A DNA stretch of 64,000 nucleotides from Torpedo marmorata (Eukaryota): NCBI GenBank assembly GCA_977017645.1, contig OZ360227.1, positions 130,696,001-130,760,000 of the forward strand, read 5' to 3'. Numbering within the stretch: position 1 is the stretch's first letter; the number at the start of each line of letters is the position of its first letter. The position numbers were made by a program, and so were the translations under genes. The notes under the pieces are model-generated. The model had not been told where the DNA came from and did no database searches. It saw only the letters and a list, made by a program, of their open reading frames with translations. Of the stretch, positions 11,062 through 25,300 are shown piece by piece.

Positions 11062-11743
11062 TGTAAGAGCCGTAGGCTCATTGACTTACCGTTGTTGCGG
11101 CGCTCCGATGTCTCGTCGGGCCTTGGAGCGCTCGCATAGTTATGTAGGCCGTCCTCGGAGCGCTCCTAGGCCACGTCGGGCCATTGAGCGCTCGCGTTGT
11201 TCACTGGGCCGTCCTCTGAGCGCTCCGAGGCCACGTCGGGCCTTGGAGCGCTTGCGTTGTTCTGTGGGCCGTCGTCGGCCCGTTCTTTGATATGCGCATG
11301 CGCGGGAGTGCCGACGGGCGCATGCGCAGTATAGAGTGACGTCATAGTGCGCGTGGGAGGCTGGGAATTGTAGTATGCGCGTTGGAGCATGCGCAGAACC
11401 ATTGGAGAGAGAGAACAAAGAAAGGATAGAGATGTATGGGGGGTGAGTCTGGTCTCCACATCTTTATTGACCGTTTTATACCGTTTTATAACTTTTAACA
11501 TCATCTACAGTATTTCATATCGTTTTGGAATTGTTTAAAGAATAATTTAAAGGAACTTATCATACATCGTTTACAAGAACTGTTTATATTAAAGTCATTG
11601 AAGATTACTGCAAGTCATGTGTGAAAATAAAGGTTTTTGAACATATTGGACTTTGTCAGTAAATTAAATAAAACGCGTCAAAAGCAAGGACCACACTTAG
11701 CCTCCAGGTGACTATTGGTGGAGCGAAGTCACCGTTACTTATA
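11062..11743 (+). repeat. 3' LTR of the BEL element
   Basis: Direct repeat of 6348-7029; the ORF track shows identical translated ORFs in both copies. Confidence 0.95.
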
Positions 11744-12475
11744 AGGGGGAAGGAGGGAGGGGAGAGAGAGGGGGAAGGAGGTAGGGGAGAGAGAGGGGGA
11801 AGGAGGGAGGGGAGAGAGAGGGGGAAGGAGGGAGGGAGAGAGAGGGGAAGGAGGGAGGGGAGGGAGGGGAGAGGGAGGGGAGGGAGGGTGGGGGGAGAGA
11901 GGAGGGGGAGAGAGGGAGGGGAGGGAGGGAAGGTGAGAGAGAGGGAGGAAGTGAGAGAAGGGGAGAGAGGGGGAGAGAGAGAAGCGGAGGGAAGGGGAGG
12001 AGGGGGAGAGAGGAGGGAGGGGGATAAGGGGGAGAGAAAGGGAGGGAGGGGAGAGAAGGGGAGACCGGAGGGAGGGAGGGGGAGAGAAGGGGAGACCGGA
12101 GGGAGGAGGAGAGAAGTGGGGAGGTGAGGGGGAGAAGGGGAGAGGGGAGGGAGGGGGAGAGAAGGGGAGAGGTGAGGTAAGGAGGAAGAGAGAAGGGGAG
12201 AGGTGAGGTGTGGAGGGAGGGGAGAGGGAGGGACAGAGAGAAGGGGAGTGAGGGAGGGGAGAGAATGGGAGGGAGGGGGAAGAGGAGAGGGAGGGAGAGA
12301 GAGGGGAGGGAGGAAGGGGAGAGGAGAGGGGGAGAGAGAAGGGGAGGGAGAGAGAGGGGAGGGAAGGGGAGAGGAGAGGGAGATAGAGAAGGGAAGGAAG
12401 GGTGGGAGAGGAGTGAGGGGGATAGAGAAAAGTGGAAAGGGGGCGAGAGAGTGAGGCAGAGAAATGGGGAGGGAG
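11744..12475 (+). repeat. Polypurine (G/A) tract, right part (~730 bp)
   Basis: Low-complexity GGGAGA-type sequence, contiguous with 6205-6347 once the BEL is removed. Confidence 0.95.
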
Positions 12476-12708
12476 GTAATATTTCTTTCATCTTGGTTTA
12501 GTGCTTGACATTATAAGAAGCCCTATTCATATATATATGTTACACCCAATTTGTGCACATGCTCATTTCATGTACTGGGCAACTTCCTTGCCCCATTCAT
12601 GTAATGAACAGGTATACAAATTAGTTGTGACATATATAGAGAGAGGATATATGAAATGGCAGGCATTTTGTCAGCTCCGGCATCTAAAAAATTAGCACTG
12701 CACCCCTG

Positions 12709-12960
12709 GTGCTACCCTTGGGTTGAAAGTATAGGAGTCTGAAGACCAGCACCTCTAGGTTAAAGAACAATTTCTTTCCAACTGTTATCAGGCTCTTGAA
12801 TCTCCCCTTGTTAAACTAAACATGAACTGCTCACACACCACAAAAATGACTGTCTGCGCCACTTTTTTTCTTGCACTATGTGAATACTTAATATCTATCA
12901 TTTGTATTTTTCTTTTTAATTCTGTTCAGCTGCAGCAAGTAAGATTTTATGCGCATATGT
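12709..12960 (+). mobile_element. Rex1/Babar-like LINE 3' fragment, right part
   Basis: LP..YRSLKTSTSRLKNNFFPTVIRLLN followed by a T-rich 3' UTR. Confidence 0.7.
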
Positions 12961-12968
12961 ACAATATA

Positions 12969-14608
12969 CAGTGCCCTCCATAATGTTTGGGACAAAGACA
13001 CTCTTTTTTCCCTTTATTTGCCCCTGTGCTCCACAGTTTTACATTTGTAGTCAAACAATTCACATGGCATTAAAGTGCACATTCCAGATTTTATTCAAGG
13101 TTATTTGTACACATTTTGATTTGACCATGTAGGAATTACAGCACTTTTTATACATAGTCCCCTGATTTCAGGGCACCATAATATTTGGGACATAGCAATG
13201 GAATGTAAATTAAAGTAGTCATGTTTAGTACTTTGTTGCATATCCCTTGCATGCAATGACTGCTTGAAGTCTGTGATTCACAGACATCATCAGGCGCTGA
13301 GTATCTTCTCTGGTGTTGCTCTGCCAGGCCTCTACTGCGGCCATCTTCAGCTCTTGCTTGTTTTGGGGGCTTGTCCCCATAAGTTTTCTCTTCAGCATAT
13401 GGAAGGCATGCTCAATTGGATTTAGATCGGGTGACTGACTTGGCCATTCAAGAATTTTCCAGTTTTTAGCTTTGAAAAACTCCTTAGTCGGTTTAGCAGT
13501 ATGTTTGGGATCATTGTCTTGCTGTAGGATGAAGCGCCGTCCAATGAGTTTGGAGACATTTGCTCGAGCTTGAGCAGATTAGATGTTTCTATACACATCA
13601 GAATTCATTTTGCTACTGCCATCAGCAGTTACATCATCAATGAAGATAAGTGCACCAGTACCTGTGGCAGCTAAACATGCCCAGGCCATAACACCCCCAC
13701 CATGTTTCACAGATAAGGTGGTATGCTCTGGATCTTGGGCAGTTCCTTTATGCCTCCACACTTTGCTCTTGCCATCACTCTGATACAGGTCAATCTTGGT
13801 CTCATCTGTCCACAAGACCTTTTTCCAGAATTCTGCAGGCTCTTTTAAATACTTCGTGGCAAACTATAATCTGGCCATCCTGTTTCTGAGGCTAACTAGT
13901 GGTTTGCATCATGCAGTGTAGCCTCTGTATTTCTGTTCATGAAGTCTGCTGCGGACAGTGGATATGGACACATCCACACCTGCCTCCTGAAGAGTTTCTG
14001 ATCTGTCGGACAGGCGTTTGGGAATTTTTCTTCATTATGATGAGAATTCTTCTGTCATCAGCAGTGGCGGTCTTCCTTGGAATACCAGTTGCATTGCGAT
14101 TACTGAGCTCACCAGTACGCTCTTTTTTCTTAATAATGTTCCAAACAGTTGATTTTGGTAATTCTAAGGTTTGGGCGATGTCTCTTACTGTTTTATTCTT
14201 GTTTTTCACCCTCGTAATGGCTTCTTTGACTTTCATTGGCACAACTCTGGTCCTCATGTTGAAAAATGGAAACTACAGACTAAAAAGGTGATCAAAAGCT
14301 TAGAAACAAGCCGAGCTCTCTTATACCTGCACCAATGAAGCAATTAAACATACCTGAGTAATCACAAACACCTGTGAAACCAAATGTCCCAAACATTATG
14401 GTGCCCTGAAATGGGGGAACTGTGCATTAAAAGTACTGTAATTTCTGCATGGTCAAACAAAAATGTATTCAAATAACCTTGAATAAAATCTGGAATGTGC
14501 ACTTTAATCACACGTGAATTGTTTGATTACAAATTTAAAACTGTGGAGCACAGGGGCAAATAAAGGGGAAAAAAAGTGTCTTTGTCCCAAACAATATGTA
14601 GGGCACTG
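12969..14608 (-). mobile_element. Full-length Tc1-like DNA transposon with a degenerate transposase
   Basis: TA TSD; ~220-bp TIRs starting CAGTGCCCTCCATAATGTTTGGGACA; minus-strand HTH (TVRDIAQTLELPKSTVWNII) and WTDETKI..VKHGGGVMAWAC fragments with frameshifts. Confidence 0.95.
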
Positions 14609-14614
14609 TATATC

Positions 14615-15385
14615 ATTACAATTGTAAACCCAGTACCGACCCTTGCGGCACTCCACTCACCACTGATTGACAATCAGAGAAACACCTATTTATCCCAACT
14701 TTCTGACTTCTATTTATTTAACCAATCCTCAATCCTTGCTAATAATATACCCATGACTTATAGATAAGTCTTTATGCAGTACCTTATTAAACATCTTCTG
14801 AAAATTGAAGTATGCAACATCTACCTGTTCTCCTCTATCCATTTGCTCATTATATCCTCAAAAACTCCAGTAAATTTGTCAAACAGGGCTTGCTCTTTCT
14901 GAATCTGTGCCTGATAGAACAATTTCTGTCTAGATGTCTTGCTATTTCTTCCTTAACAATAGCTTCATACAATTTCCCAACTACAAGACGTTAAGCCAAC
15001 AGCAGGATGGTTATTGTACAACTAATTAAAACAGTGGTTAGTCAAAAGCTGGAGCACTATGTGAATTTCTGATCATCATTCTACAAGAAGGATATGATTT
15101 TACTAGAGTGAGTGCAGAGGAGATTTGCTGAGATGTTGCCTAGGATTGAGCAATTAAGCTATAGGGAGAGACTGGATATGCTATTTTTTATTCTCGTTTC
15201 GAATGGAGAAGGCTGAATGGGAGACTTAATTGAGATATACAAAATTATGAAGGGCACAGAAAGGAGAGTGAAAATTGTTTCTAAGCAGAGATATCTGTTA
15301 TCAGACGACACAGGTTTAACATAAGGGTTTGAGACAGAGGAATTTGAGTACTTTTTTTGCCCAAAGGGTGGTTGAAACTTGAACC
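14615..15385. mobile_element. Old CR1 LINE fragments (minus then plus orientation)
   Basis: Degenerate matches to the CR1 RT and C-terminal region of the young copies (for example GAGTGCAGAGGAGATTT..GATGTTGCCT). Confidence 0.55.
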
Positions 15386-16949
15386 ATACCTTAATTTTAG
15401 AAAATCAATATTACATTTTCATGGCACAGCAGGACCATCTATGTCAATGCTCTGGGAGACTTACTGACAGTTAATCCTGCTAGTATCATCACTGAGTCAA
15501 CCAATACCAAAGTGCCTGCTAATGGAAGGATCCATGAATTCGGTTGTTGGATACAAGAATAAAGAAGTGCTACTTTGAGTACAATTTCCACCAAGAGTAC
15601 TGATTATGCTCAATGTGTACATTCTAGCCCAAAATGGTGACTTTCTCTCCGCCTTGGCAGTGCTTACCAAGTACCTGGCGGCAGGGTTAGTCATGCTTTT
15701 CCATGCACTGTGCCAGAGGCTGCAAGCACAATTTACACAATCACCAACAGAAAGAATGGATGTGGAAAATAATTTATTTTCATGTTGCAAAGACTGATAC
15801 AAATAGTGAAACTTAGTTTCCCTTTTATTTTATATTTTTATGTTATCTTGCAGACAGGTTGTTTTGCTAGGAGCAGAGAATAACTGATCCATTAACATGA
15901 ATAACAAGAATGTGCAATTCGTGAAAATTCCAGTTCATTAGCTATAATGGGTTGATGCAAGTTAATAAGTGGAAGTATGTGACATTCACTGGAATTAATC
16001 CTTTGTAACAGAGTTCATGCCTGAATATTACAGACCAACATTCTGTTCCTCTATTCTTTCTACCTACTGCCCACTAGCTTTCTCATCCACCGGTTAAGAA
16101 CTAATCCCTCTTCAGCTCTAAAACTGTGCATCATACACTCGCAACATTTTTGCATATTTTATACTTTCCGTATACTGCTCAAGCATTCTAGATGACAACA
16201 TTGTTCCCTCGCATTTTGACTTCCACAGTAACTCAAGTATTGGAACAGATATGGCTATATTTAAGTTTTGCTGTTTGAAGACTTTTAACTATAGTCTAAG
16301 TAGTTCTCTCTCCCAAAAATTAAGAGATATATTCATAGCACTTTTAACAATTGAGGCATTGTTGACTGGTGCAGAGAAGAAATATGGTGTTTGCTCCCTC
16401 GAGAAAAGTTGTGTCCTTTCTAATAAGGATGTGATTAAAAGCTTATCTTGGAACTCTGCTTTTATGTACAAAAAAGCAGCCTATCTGACAAAAGATCAAA
16501 GCAATGGCATGGATGGATCACGTTGCATGGAACGTGACTCTGAGGACCTTAAGAGCAACAATAGGAGCTACCATTATGTTTAATATTATTCTAAAATTGG
16601 ATTTAAGTTCTTGATCTTGAAACATTCTTTTCCTCAGACAGCCAAATGGTAAGCTGACACACTGGAGATTCAAGTGAATTTCATCATCAATGCAGACCAT
16701 TGCTGAGACTTGACTCCTAAGGTATGGAAAACAATCTCTTTTCCAGATCTCATTGTTATGAGGCAGTGTATACAACAGGGGTAGGTTGCTAGAGGACGTA
16801 ATAATTGTGTATGTTCAAATTAGATCCGCCCTTGTTCTTCAAAACTAAAAAAAAGTATTGGCTCAAACTGCTTTATCATCTTCAGAGGAGAGCTCCCATG
16901 TCCATCCTTGTCATACCCCTTCACTGAACTTCCTCTATCACAAAAAGTA

Positions 16950-18990
16950 CAGGAGAAAGGAGGTTATGATTCAAGTGTACAGGATGTTGGTGAGAATCCA
17001 CTTGGAGTAACGTGTGCACTTTTGGTTACACAGCTATAGGAAAGGTATAATTAAACTGAAAAGGGTGCAGAAAATACTCACAAGAAGTAGTTCTCTCTCT
17101 CAAAAGACATAATCTGCTACAAAACAAAATCTGGTGCAGTTGGAGATGACAAAGCTTCACTCCCAGATGAATTCAATGCCTTCTATGCCGGATTCGACCA
17201 CAAGAACAAGAAAGAACCACCACTGTACATCTCCATGTCCCCTGATGATCCTCTCCTGTCCCTATCCTAGGATGACGTGTGGGCTGCTTTCACAAGAGTG
17301 AATCTGAGGAAAGCATCCAGTCTTGATGGAGTACCCGGCCGAGTATTAAAAATTTGTGATAACCAACTTACCAACGTATTCACGGATATCTTCAACATCT
17401 CACTACAGCAGAGCATGGTACCCACTTGTTTCAAACAGGCATCAATCATACCGGTGCCCAAGAAGAGTGTGGTAACCTGCCTAAATGACTATCGACCAGT
17501 GGCACTCACATCAACAGTGATGAAGTGTTTTGAAAGGCTGGTAGTGAAGCATATCAGCTCCTGTCTGAGCGGCGACATGGATCCGATCCAATTCACCTAT
17601 CACAGCAACAGGTCTACGGCGGATGCCATCTCACTGGCTCTACACAAAGCCCTGGAACACCTGGACAGCAAAGATGCGTACATCAGGATGCCCTTTATCG
17701 ACTACAGTTTGGCATTTAACACCATCATTCCCTCAAATCTGATCTGCAAATTCCAAGACTTGGGACTCAACACCCCACTGTGTAATTGGATCCTTGATTT
17801 CTTCACCTCCAGACCACAATCAGTGAGGTTGGTAAGAACATCTCGTCCACAATCTCCATCAATACCGGAGCACCACAGGCCTGCGTTCTTAGCCCCCTGC
17901 TCTACTTGCTTTACACCTATGACTATGTTGCTCGGTACGACAACACCACCATCTACAAATTTGTTGATGATACCACGGTAGTGGGTTGTATAAAAAAGGG
18001 GAATGATTCAGCGTACAGGAGGGAGATTGAAAACTTGGCCGAATGGTGCACCAACAATAACCTCACACTCAATGTCAGCAAAACCAAGGAGCTGTTTGTT
18101 GACTTCAGGAAGGGAAAACCAGAGGTGTACGATCCAGTGATCATTGGGGGATGAGAAGTGGAGAGGCTGAGCAAATTTATGTTCTTGGGAGTCACTGTCT
18201 CGGAGGATCTTTCCTGGACCCAACACTAATGGCATCGTGAAGAAAGCACATCAGCGCTTCGACTTCCTCAGGCGTTTGCGGAGGTTGGTATGACATCAGA
18301 AACCCTGGTAAATTTATACAGATGTGTGGTGGAAAGTATGCTGCCTGTCTGCATCTGGTCTGGTATAGGGACACCGATACCCCCGAGGGTAAAGCCCTGC
18401 AAAAGGAAGTGGACACAGCCCAGGATATCACAGGCAAAACCCTCCCCACCATTGAGAATATCTACAGGCAACACTGCCGTCGGAGAGCAGCAGCAATCAT
18501 CAAGGATCCACAGCACCCAGCACATGCTCTGTTCTCGCTGCTACCATCAGGAAAGAGGTATAGGTGCCATAAGACTCGCACCACCAGGTTCAGGAACAGC
18601 TGCTCCCCCTCCATCAGGGACTCATTTAAGGACTCTTACTTTGGCACTTTATTGTTTGTTTTTTTTCCTCTCTGTATTGCACAGTCAGTTGTTTACATTT
18701 CTTTGTTTATTTACATGGGTACATTGTGTAGTTTTTTTTGCACTACCATTATGTGGTAATTCAGCCTCACCCACAGGAAAAAGAATCTCAGGGTTGTATG
18801 TGATGTCATGTATGTACTCCTGAAATTAATCTGAAAACTGAATGTTGCAGGTCTGGGGGGCTTGAATTACAAGGAGATGCTGGGACTTTTCACCCTGGAT
18901 CATTGGCAGCTAAGTGGGGACCTAACCATAACTCTTATAAAACCATGAGGTGCATAGATTATGTAAATAGACAGTCTTTTCCCCCACAAC
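16950..18990 (+). mobile_element. Rex1/Babar LINE (~17090-18835, 5'-truncated, frameshifted) nested in an old CR1 fragment
   Basis: [59 protein letters not shown], Rex tail; CR1-like flanks at 16950-17085 and 18840-18990. Confidence 0.9.
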
Positions 18991-19399
18991 GGAGATGAAC
19001 CTAAGCAGCCAACATATTAAAAGACTCATCTCATCCTGGCCACATTCTCTTCACCTCCTCCTTCCCATCGGGAAGAAGATTCACACTACCAGATTCAAGT
19101 TCAGTTTCCTTCTTTCAGTCCTGACTGAATGTCACAATGTTGTCTTTGCTCTGGACTGCTCACAAAACAAACTTTATCACTGCATGTTGGTACATGTGAC
19201 AATAAACTTGACCTTAAAACTGGAGGGAATTAAATTTATTATGATCTTTAAACTTTTTTTCCTTTTTCTGTGTATAATTGTTTAGATGTGGAAACTAAAA
19301 CAAATTTGGATTTGCAAACAAGGAGCGATAAGATCAACAGTGAAGTATTTAGGGTTTAAATGAGTTTTTTTGAGCAGGTCACAACTCTGGTTGATGACC

Positions 19400-22300
19400 T
19401 TCAGTATAGGGTGAGCTGGAAGGGGGGTTTAGTTTTTTTGTAGGGTTAGCAAGGTTGCCTATATTTATCTTTTGGTTTCTATTTTTGTCGAATATGTCGG
19501 CTTTTGGAACAATGGCGGATGGTTGCTGGAGCATCCAAATTATTATAAATTAATAATTTCATGATTTCTTCTATTAATATTATATCTTGGAACATTAAAG
19601 TCATGAATGGACCAATTAAAAGGTGTAGGATAATGGCACATGTTAAACATTTGAAGGCAGAATTGTCTTTTTCCAAGAGACACATATAAAGAATTTGAAT
19701 AAAGACAGGTTAATGTTTAGATGGAAAGGACAATTTTTTCATTCTTGCTCTGAAGCAAAAGTAAGAGGAGTGTCGATTCTAATTAATCAGAATATTCCAT
19801 TTGTACTTCATAACAGTACTTTAGATAAACAAGGTCATTTTATAATTCTTACAGGCAAAATATATAATAAAATGGTAGTTTTGGCCAATGTTTATGCCCC
19901 GAACACTGATGAGCCTGCATTTTAAAAAAAAAATTTCAACCTTACCTGACTTAAATCAATACTCACTGATCCTGTTTAAATGCGTTTTTTTGACAAATTT
20001 TGGGGTTTCACATATATGGCGTTTTTTAAATCCTAATAACAGAGAATACTCCTTTTTTTCGAATGTACATTGTTCCTACTCCAGAATAGATTATTTTCTA
20101 ATTGATAATCAATTAATTTCCTCGACTAAATCATGTGATTATCTTATTTTATTTAAAATTTTAAATCACAAAATACATAAGATAAAATATAAAATTGTCA
20201 AAATACATCTGATACATTTTCACCCCCCCCTGCCTCCCTCCCCTCCCTAATCCTCCCACCCTTTCTAATCTAGTAAAAATAAAAAGAAAGAAAGAAAGAA
20301 AAAGATAGAATAAGGAGAATGTCAATCTAAAAAATACATCAATAACTAATTTTATTATGGAGAATAGGTTCGCCAGTCAGATCCGATGTCCAGAGATCTT
20401 CAAATCCTTAAACCAACAACCTTCATATATGGGCTCCATATTTTCAAAAAGAAATGATATTTATTACGTAAATTATAAGTAATTTTTTCAAGTGGTATAC
20501 AGGAACAAAGTTCTGCATGCCATCTTTCTAATCCTAAATCTACATCAGATTTCCAAGTAATAGCAATACATTTCTTAGAAACAGCTGAAGCAATTCGCAA
20601 AAATTCTATTTGATACATATTTAATTTCATCTTAATAGTAACTTTTTAAATATCTCCAAATAAAAATATCATAGGGTCCATTGGGAATGTAGTTTTAATA
20701 CTTTATCTAAAAACTTTTTAACTTTCAACCAAAAATCATAAACTTTTGGACAGAACCATGTAGAATGTACAAAAGAACCTTCCTCTCTATTACATCTAAA
20801 ACATAAGCCTGATAATGTTGCGTTAAATTTCTTTAACTTATTAGGTGTTAAATATAATTGATGAAAAAAATTATATTGAACTAATCTCTATCTTACATTA
20901 ATAATCTTCGTCATATCTAATTTACATAGTTCTTTCCAATGATCTTCATCTATTGTTACATTCAAATCTGATTCCCATTTTAATCTTGATTTATGAATTC
21001 CTACTTTAGGGATTTTTCTCTGAAACAATCTATACATTTGAGAAATAAATTTATTTACACCCCCGTTAGTAACTAATAATTCTAACTCACTCTGTCTTGG
21101 TAGAATCAAATTATAACCTAATTTCCCAACTAAAAATGCTCTAATTTGATAATAAGCAAAAAGTGTATTATCCAATACATTAAACTTATCTTTCATTCTT
21201 TGAAAAGTAATAAATTTACCAGCTTCAAAACAGTCATTTATTTTCTTAATTCCTTTTTGAAACCAAATTTTAAATAATTGATTATCAATAGTAAATGGAA
21301 TAAGTTCATTTTGATATAGAGGTATTTTTGGAGAAATCAACCCTTTCCCTCCTGTCTCCCTATCCACTCTATTCCATATTTCTAACAAATGTTTAAAGAT
21401 AGGAGAGTTCTTCCTTCTTGTTAATATTAATTTAGAATTCCATTTATAAATAACTACTTCTTTGAAATCTTATCCTATATTATTTAATTCTATTCTAATC
21501 CAAGCAGAAGACTTAGTTAAATCAAAGAATTCATTAACAAATTTTAGTTGAGCTGCTTTATAATAATTTTGGAAAGTAGGACGTTGTAAACCACCCATTT
21601 CATAATTCCAAGTTAATTTCTCTATACCTACTCTAGCCAACTTTCCTTTCCATAAAAACTTCCTAATAATTAAATTTAAATCTTTAAAAATTTTTTGAGG
21701 AATTTCATAAGGAATTGATTGAAAAAGATATTGAATTATTGGAAAAACATTCATTTTGATACAATTTACCCTTCCCATTAAAGTTATAGGTAAATCCTTC
21801 CAGCTCTCTAAATCTATTTTAATTTTGATAAATAATGGTAAATAATTTAATTTATATAAATTAGCCAATTTTGTATCAATCTTTATTCCCAAATATTTAA
21901 TTCCTTCTTTTGACCATTTAAATTGTGTAATTTCTTTATATTTACTATAGTCCCCTTGCGTTAATGCCATAATTTCACTTTTATCAGAATTAATCTTATA
22001 GCCAGATATTTTCCCGTATTCTCTCAATAAAGCAGTCAATTGTATTAAAGAAGTAATAGGTTTTGTCAAATAGATCAATACATCATCTGCAAATAAACTA
22101 ATTTTATGCTCTTCTCTTCCGACTTTAATACCTGCAATCTTAATATCTTGTCTAATTAATTCTGCCAAAGGTTCTATTGCTAAAGTAAACAATGCTGGTG
22201 ACAAAGGACATCCTTGTCTAGTTGACCTAGTCAAAGGAAATTTTGAAGAAATTTGTCCATTTGTAACCACTTTAGCAGATGGTTCTTTATATATAGTTTT

Positions 22301-25300
22301 AATCCAATTAATAAATGTAGTTCCAAAACCAAATTTCTCCAATACCTTAAATAAATAATTCCACTCTAATCTATCAAAAGCCTTTTCAGCATCTAACGTT
22401 AATACTAATGCTGAATCATCCTTCTTTTTATCCACATTAATTAAACTAATTAATCTAGCTATATTATCCTTTGATTTTTTTTATTATTTTTAATAAAACC
22501 AGCTTGATCTACATGCATTAAATCTGGTAAATAATTAGCCACTCTATTTGCTAACATTTTTGCCATTATCTTGTAATCCACATTTAACAATGAAATTTGT
22601 CTATACGATTCTGTTTTCAACACATCTCTATCTTTTTTAGGTATAACTGTAATTATTGCATTTGAAAATGTATCTGGTAACGAATGAGTTTCCATTATTT
22701 GTTTCAACACATCCATATATGGAGGTATCAATAAATCTTTAAACTCCTTATAAAATTCTGATGGCAAACCATCTTCCTCTGGAGATTTAACACTCATTAA
22801 AGAAGTAAGAACCTCATTAACTTCCCTCATTGAAAAAGACGAATCCAAAAATTCTTTACTTTGAGTATTTAATCTAGGTAGCTTAATTTTAGATAAAAAT
22901 CTATTAATTTTAGAATCATCTTGATCAATCTGAGATTTATATAAATTCAGATAGTAATCTTTAAAAGAATCATTTATTTCTCGAGGTTTATATGTTATTT
23001 TCTTTGAATCCTTTTTTATAGCATTTATAGTTCTAGAAGTTTGATCTTTCTTTAATTGCCACGCCAACACTTTATGTGCTCTTTCTCCCAATTTATAATA
23101 TCTTTGTTTAGTTCTTTCAATTAATTTTTCCATTTTGTATGTTTGTAACAAATTATAATGCAATTTTTTTCCAACTAAATTATTCCTCTTTTCTTCTGAT
23201 CTCTTTTTTTGCAAGTCCTTCTCCAAACATTCAATCTCCCTCTCCAAATTATCCACCTCTCGAAGATAGTCCTTCTTAATTTTCGCTGAATAACTTATTA
23301 TTTGACCTCTTAAATAAGCCTTTAATCATGTGATTATCAAGCAATAGTTGTTTCTGTTCATGCTCAAGTCATTCTGACTTTAAATTTCTTTGACATTGCT
23401 TTTTCAAAAAGACAATGGAGATTTAATACCACTTTACTTGCAGATAAAGAATTTTTGGATTTTTTGGAGAAACAAATACAGTTTTTCTTTTCTACTAATT
23501 CCTCTCCATCGATATCTAATTCGATTGTCTGGGATACTATGAAAACTTACTTGAGAGGACAAATTATTTCTATACAGCAAATATCAAGAAGACGAATAAA
23601 GAAAGACTGGAACTAATAAATCAAATTAAGCAAATTGACATATTATTTGCTCAAGATAAAAATCCGGAATTATATAAAAGAGTAGAACTCAAAACTAAAT
23701 TTGATATACTCTCGACTTACCCAATTGAACAATAACTGTTGAGAAGTAAGAGTTTTTTTTTTATCTTCATGGTGAAAAATCAGTTAAGTTACTAGCAGGA
23801 CAATTAAAAGGAATTTCAGTTAAAAAACAAATTAACAAGATTCGGATGAGAGATGATAGAATGACAACTGATCATCTTAAAATTAATGAGACTTTTAGAG
23901 AATTTTACTCTAACCTTTATAGTTCCTAATTTAATAATAATTTTGCTTCAATGTCAGATTTTTTAGATCGAATTATTTTATCCACTTTATCTCAGGCTAA
24001 GCGTACTAGTCTAGAGGCACCTATTTCCCAGGAGGAAATATCTCTGGCTATTTCTTCCTTTCAATCTGGTAAATCTCCAGGGCCAGATGGTTTTCCTGTT
24101 GAATTTTATAAATCATTCTTCAAATGGCTTGTACCTCATTTAAGTACTGTGTTTGATGACTCATTTGGGGATGAGAAGCTTCCCTCATCCTTTAATGAGG
24201 CTAGTATATCTCTTATTTTAAAAAAGGAAAGAACCAACAGAATGTGCATCTTATCGACCCATTTCATTACTCAACGTCGATATGAAGATTTAATCTAAAG
24301 TTCTGGCGTGTAGATTAGAAAATATTTTACCAACAATTATTGATTCTGACCAAACTGGTTTTTAATAAAAAAATTGTTATTCTTATTATAACATACATCA
24401 ATTATTGAATGTTTTATATTTACCATCCACCCCAGCGACTGAATGTGTTCTCTCATTAGACGCTGAGAAAGCGTTTGATCGGGTGAAGGGAATATTTATT
24501 TGCTACCCTGGAAAAATTTAATTTTGGTTCAGATTTTATCAAATGGATTAAATTATTATATTTAATGCCCTATGGCATCGGTTAATTCAAATTCACAACA
24601 TTCAAAAAAGTTTAGGCTTAATAGGGGAACGCGGCAAGGTTGCCCATTAATTCCTTTGCTTTTTGATATTGTATTGGAACCTCTGGCTGTTGCTCTTCGA
24701 CAGTGCAGAGAATTTAAAGGAATAACTGGAAGTGGAGTCGAACATAAAGTATTTCTTTACGCAGATGATTTAATACTTTTTATTTCAAATCCTGAGGTTT
24801 CTATACCAAACATATTAACTTTGCTCGCTCAATTTAGCCAGTTTTCAGGTTATAAATTAAATTTGCATAAAAGTAAATTATAACCTTTGAAAGGATCCTT
24901 TTTAAACGATTCTAATTTCCAATTTAAAATAGCTAATGACAAATTTCAATACTTAGGAATTACAATTGCAAAAAATTATAAAAATTTATTGAAAGAAAAT
25001 TTTCTGGCATTACTTAATCAGACTAAAGTACAACTATTGGGATGGCCACCTCTATCTATCACAATGATTGGATGAATCAATTCGATTAAAATGAATATTT
25101 TACCGAAATTTTTGTATCTTTTTCAAGCTGTACCAATTTTCATTCCTAAATCCTTCTTTAACTCATTAGATTTGGTTATTTCTTCATACATATGGCAGGG
25201 AAAACAACTACGTATAAATAAAGCCCATCTGCAAAAGACTAAAAAGGATGGGGGATTATCACTTCCAAATTTTAAATTCTATTATTGGGCGACTAATATA

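Larger units (their letters stand above)
6348..11743 (+). mobile_element. BEL/Pao LTR retrotransposon, non-autonomous (Gag-PR only), very young
   Basis: 682-bp LTRs 6348-7029 and 11062-11743 with no differences seen; 5-bp TSD AGGGG (6343-6347 and 11744-11748); PPT AGGGGCCGG before the 3' LTR; BEL-type Gag with three zinc knuckles. Confidence 0.95.
5897..12708. mobile_element. Non-autonomous hAT-like DNA transposon (MITE) hosting a GA tract and the BEL element
   Basis: Perfect 13-bp TIRs CAGGGGTGCAGTG (5897-5909) and CACTGCACCCCTG (12696-12708); right flank GTGCTACC and left flank remnant TACC fit an 8-bp TSD disrupted by the CR1; shared subterminal GCTCCGGCA; Rex host resumes at 12709. Confidence 0.7.

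Noticed and set aside
11708-12501. Gly/Arg/Glu-rich and Pro/Ser/Leu-rich ORFs
   Set aside because: Stop-free artefacts of the polypurine tract.
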